A DNA stretch of 63,977 nt, filler included, from Chiloscyllium plagiosum (Eukaryota): assembly GCF_004010195.1 (NCBI RefSeq). It is 8 parts of 8 records of this genome, joined end to end, with 100 filler letters (N's around TTAATTAATTAA, not from the genome) between each part and the next. Parts side by side here need not be neighbours in the genome. Positions count along the whole stretch, not along the records: positions 54,697 to 62,012 come from NC_057720.1; positions 62,113 to 63,977 come from NW_025173167.1; 6 more parts are not named here. The stretch is one strand, 5' to 3'. Position 1 is the first letter of the stretch; each line of letters opens with the position of its first letter. Below are positions 60,474 through 63,977 of this stretch, in pieces. Made by a program: the position numbers and the translations under genes. Under the pieces are notes generated by a model. That model saw only the letters and a program-made list of their open reading frames with translations, was not told where the DNA came from and ran no database searches.

Positions 60474-63468
60474 TCTGATAACTTGTGGGAAGCGGTTCTG
60501 TCAAGATCTTTCTAAACAAAGCCTGCCCAGGATTTATATGGCCATCGGAAGGGGCAGGCTTACAGCTTCCGCATGTTGGTTTCCTGCGGGAGGCTGAGAC
60601 TGGACCTTCGTATCAGCTTATACAGCCCGAACACATTGGATCATGTGTTTACATGAGGTTCTGCTTAAACATGGACACATACACATCTTCGGATATTGGT
60701 TTTGCTGAATAGCTTCTTTGGAAGTAAATTTGAGTAGCTTCGGGTCTGTTTCACATGATAGTTGCATGTATTTTGTTTATAAAAAACAAATTCAACTGGA
60801 AGTTAGCTCCCTTTATTTCTACATTCATTCACAACCAGATAAAACTAAAATTAAAGTTCAAACATATTACTAGCTAATAAAACAGTTGAGTTTTTCTTCT
60901 CTGGATACTGCAAGTCTCTGTCGCACTATAAAATAACATGTAATTCATACTAAACATTTCAAAATTCAATTTAGGCAACTGAATACAGAGCGTGTCCAAA
61001 GTTTTAGAATATGCAATTAGAAGTTAACTCCCTTTAATCCTACATTCCACCACAAGCAGATAAAGCTAAAAAGAACTTCAATAATACTATTAGCCAACAA
61101 AATGAATGATTTTATTTTTGCTGTCACTCAATGTCTCTCTCACATTACAAAATAACATATCATTTCTAATCTGCGTTTCTAAATTCAGTTTAGGCAATCT
61201 AATATGGAGCATGTCTAAAGTGATTATGTTCAGAATGTGAGTGTATGTCACTAAGCAGTTTGGACCCGAACATTAGAAGCACCTCCTTACATTGCAGAAT
61301 GTCTCTCCTTGCATCTTTTTTTTTCAAATTGCTCCGACACTAAAATTCATAGTAAAGGAAAGCTGTGTGTTTGAGAAAAAAATGAGTCCGCAATGATACA
61401 TAACACCTAAGTAAACTTTTGAAAGAGCATCTAATGAACTAGAACAAGACAGTCCATAAGTTTTTTTTAAATCCTCAACGTCTAAACCATTGCATGTAAC
61501 AATCTGGGTACATCAGGAATGTTTGGTTAAATTAGAGAGTATTACAGTAATAATTACCACGAATGTAGGTTATAAACAGTACATTTCTCCGCTCACTGAT
61601 AGCTCTGACAGGGCAGTTAACTCATAAAAATCAGCAAAAATTCGCTGTTACACTATACCAGTGTTAACCATGTTTCAAGGGCCCACTCAGTTTTAATGAG
61701 ATGCAGGAATCAGAGAATGGTAACAAGTGATGTGAGTCTGAACCAAATCAATTTTGTTAATTTACTTTGAGATGATAACAAATGTTAATGCAATGTGGGA
61801 TTTTGGATCCATTAACTTCATATTCAGGAGCTTTAAAGATACTCAGTAAACAGACTGAACTAACCAGAACGTCACTGCATTCAATGTTCTGTTTTCTGAT
61901 AGTCATACAGTGAATGCTGTATCCAGTGACTTTCCTCTTAAAGGGAGAAATGCCAAGTGAAATGCATCCATTGTGAGTAAATGGGAAAATATAGTTTGTT
62001 TGGTAGGATTTTNNNNNNNNNNNNNNNNNNNNNNNNNNNNNNNNNNNNNNNNNNNNTTAATTAATTAANNNNNNNNNNNNNNNNNNNNNNNNNNNNNNNN
62101 NNNNNNNNNNNNGTATGTAAGAGTGTGTGACAGTTCATCTGTGTGCGCGTTTATGTGTGTGCATAAGCATGTGTCTTTAGGTGAGAGCCTGTGTATGTGT
62201 TTTTATGTGTGTATTTGTGAGCATTTCTCTGTAACTGTTTCAGCTCTTATACTAGACTGTAATTTGTATTATTGGTCCAGTTTTTATGGATTGGCAACAT
62301 TTATATCTGACCCTGATGTTGTCAGGAACATTTCTGATCGTCGTGGAGAGATAGATGCTTTAGAACATAGAACAATACAGCGCAGAACAGGCCCTTCGGC
62401 CCTCGATGTGAGCAACTCTTGTGTTACAGCGAAAGAATTTCTGTCTCTGAGACCAGAGACCTGATCTCAAATCCCCACTGCTCCAGATATGCAGAATTGC
62501 ATTTCTGAACATGCTGATTACAAAATATCTACAAATGTTCTGTACGTGAAGCAAAATTATGTCAGATGTTCGAATACCAGAATTTATCCCATGTGCTCCA
62601 GAAAACTGAGACAAAACTATGGATTACAAACTGGGATGATGTAAATACCAGTTTTGGATTAAGGGGAGTCAATGTTAACAAACGATTAATAGGGTCAATC
62701 GAATTCGGCAGACACAAATGTATTATTTTATATGGAAACATGGAATCTTCGGACAGTAATTAAGAAGCTGGCTGTTACTGTCAGCAACTGGGTTACATTG
62801 CAGAGGACTTCTGTCTTGAAAACTCTGCAGAGTGAGTATGGCTACAGACCATTAATAATTCCCCTCTCCCCCTACCTCGGCTCAACAACAATAACCTTCC
62901 TCTCGGGTCACCCTGGTGTGCAAATAAAGATGCATTCTTTCAACCACTGCACTGGTACAAGATCCCTCCTTCCACAGAATGAAGGGTTATATTCATCTGA
63001 CTCTGCACTGTTTGCGATTGGCATTTTCCAATCAAAACTAATGCCAAATGTCTCTTAAGATTGCGGTTGCAATTGTTGCATTGTGGCAGTTTAAAGCCGA
63101 CATGAATTTTGTGAGAATGTGCAATCGGGGAATCAGGAAAACAAAGTTCAAATTTCGTGGTCTTTACTTGAGAGAAATTGGGCATTTTCAGATTTCGTTT
63201 TAATGGAATTTAAGATGGTTAAGGTACTTTGCAGAATCTGGCATTGAGTGAGCTTTACTCTGCCTCCGATCCTAAGTTTACCTGAGCAGGGGACATTAAC
63301 TGCACAAGACACGAGTCCTAGACCTGTTAATAATCCAACTTAACTTTACAGGTGGAATATAAGTAAAAATGGGAAGCACAATTAATTAAACGGTTGTATA
63401 TTTACATCACAATTTGAGGAAAAAGCTTTATTACTTTTGTTGAATTATTAAAAGCAACTTTGAGTTTT

Positions 63469-63860
63469 TTATTGACATGAATTAATAGTGTCCATCAGTG
63501 CAAGTGAAATGTTCACAAAACTCGGTTTACCGCTGGATTTATCGACTGTTCTGTTGATGATCTTCAATGGAATCGCTTCATGTCCCACCACACAGGAGTA
63601 AGAAGCACCGCTGGCCCACTCCTCTGCTGTAATGGATAACAGGCTGTACATGAAGAAGGAGGTGTTCTCGCTCTCCGCCATCACCTCGGTGTTCTTGTAG
63701 TTACTGGGATTCACTGGCTTGTCATTGTTTGTCCACTTGATGAAGATCTCTCGGGGGTAGAAGCCTCTCACTAAACAGGTGAGGGAGAGAAACCTCTGAG
63801 CGGAAACGTCTTCTGTTGGTGGCAGTAGGATAGACACTGATGGCTCCAGTAGCTTTTCTC
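63469..63860 (-). CDS. IGHM: IgM heavy chain C-mu-4 exon with secretory tailpiece
   Basis: Acceptor cttcag|GAGAAAAG; PSVSILLPP...[19 protein letters not shown]...[12 protein letters not shown]...[24 protein letters not shown]; tailpiece N-glycan site (NIS), penultimate Cys, and internal membrane-form donor G|GTAAA at 63531. Confidence 0.96.
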
Positions 63861-63977
63861 CTGAAGAATATTTGAAACAAATATAAATCAACTATAAAAA
63901 TCCAGAATCAATATTGCAATTTCACTACATATTAAAATATGCCAGTTTTTAAATTACACTCTCATTTTCTAAACCAG

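Noticed and set aside
52526-63468. C-mu-2 and transmembrane exons, and kappa V/J segments elsewhere in the window
   Set aside because: I looked for them and found no matching reading frames; they probably lie outside these contig fragments, so their absence is not evidence of deletion.
6870-63860. Apparent physical linkage of MHC class I, Ig kappa and IgM genes (a primordial immune complex)
   Set aside because: Each gene sits on a separate contig joined by identical synthetic N44-TTAATTAATTAA-N44 linkers, so adjacency is an artefact of window construction.

Overview
Eukaryotic genomic DNA from a cartilaginous fish, most likely an orectolobiform shark given its close resemblance to nurse shark immunoglobulins (inference). 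The window is not one locus. It is eight separate contigs joined by seven identical 100-bp artificial linkers (N44-TTAATTAATTAA-N44), so order and linkage across linkers mean nothing. Contents: (1) 1-10844, an Ig kappa (NS4/type III) C exon with a +2 frameshift near its 3' end; (2) 10945-18562, alpha1 and alpha2 exons of a nonclassical-looking MHC class I gene, a Penelope-like element with hammerhead ribozyme motifs, and a 42-bp minisatellite; (3) 18663-27024, an intact paralogous kappa C exon; (4) 27125-44794, an unusual IgM cluster; (5) C-mu-1; (6) C-mu-3; (7) a conventional unrearranged IgM L-V-D1-D2-J cluster; (8) C-mu-4 plus secretory tail. The rest is mostly CR1 LINE, HE1/V-SINE, Deu-type SINE and Penelope debris. 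The standout is contig 4. Compared with its paralog in contig 7, D1, D2 and J are already fused in frame in the genome, and the V exon is reduced from 305 nt to 21 nt. TATA box, leader, splice sites and the complementary 23-RSS/12-RSS pair are all retained. One RAG event could therefore yield a heavy chain with no V domain (leader-CDR3-FR4-C-mu). Whether this is functional, a pseudogene or an assembly error needs read-level and transcript checks.
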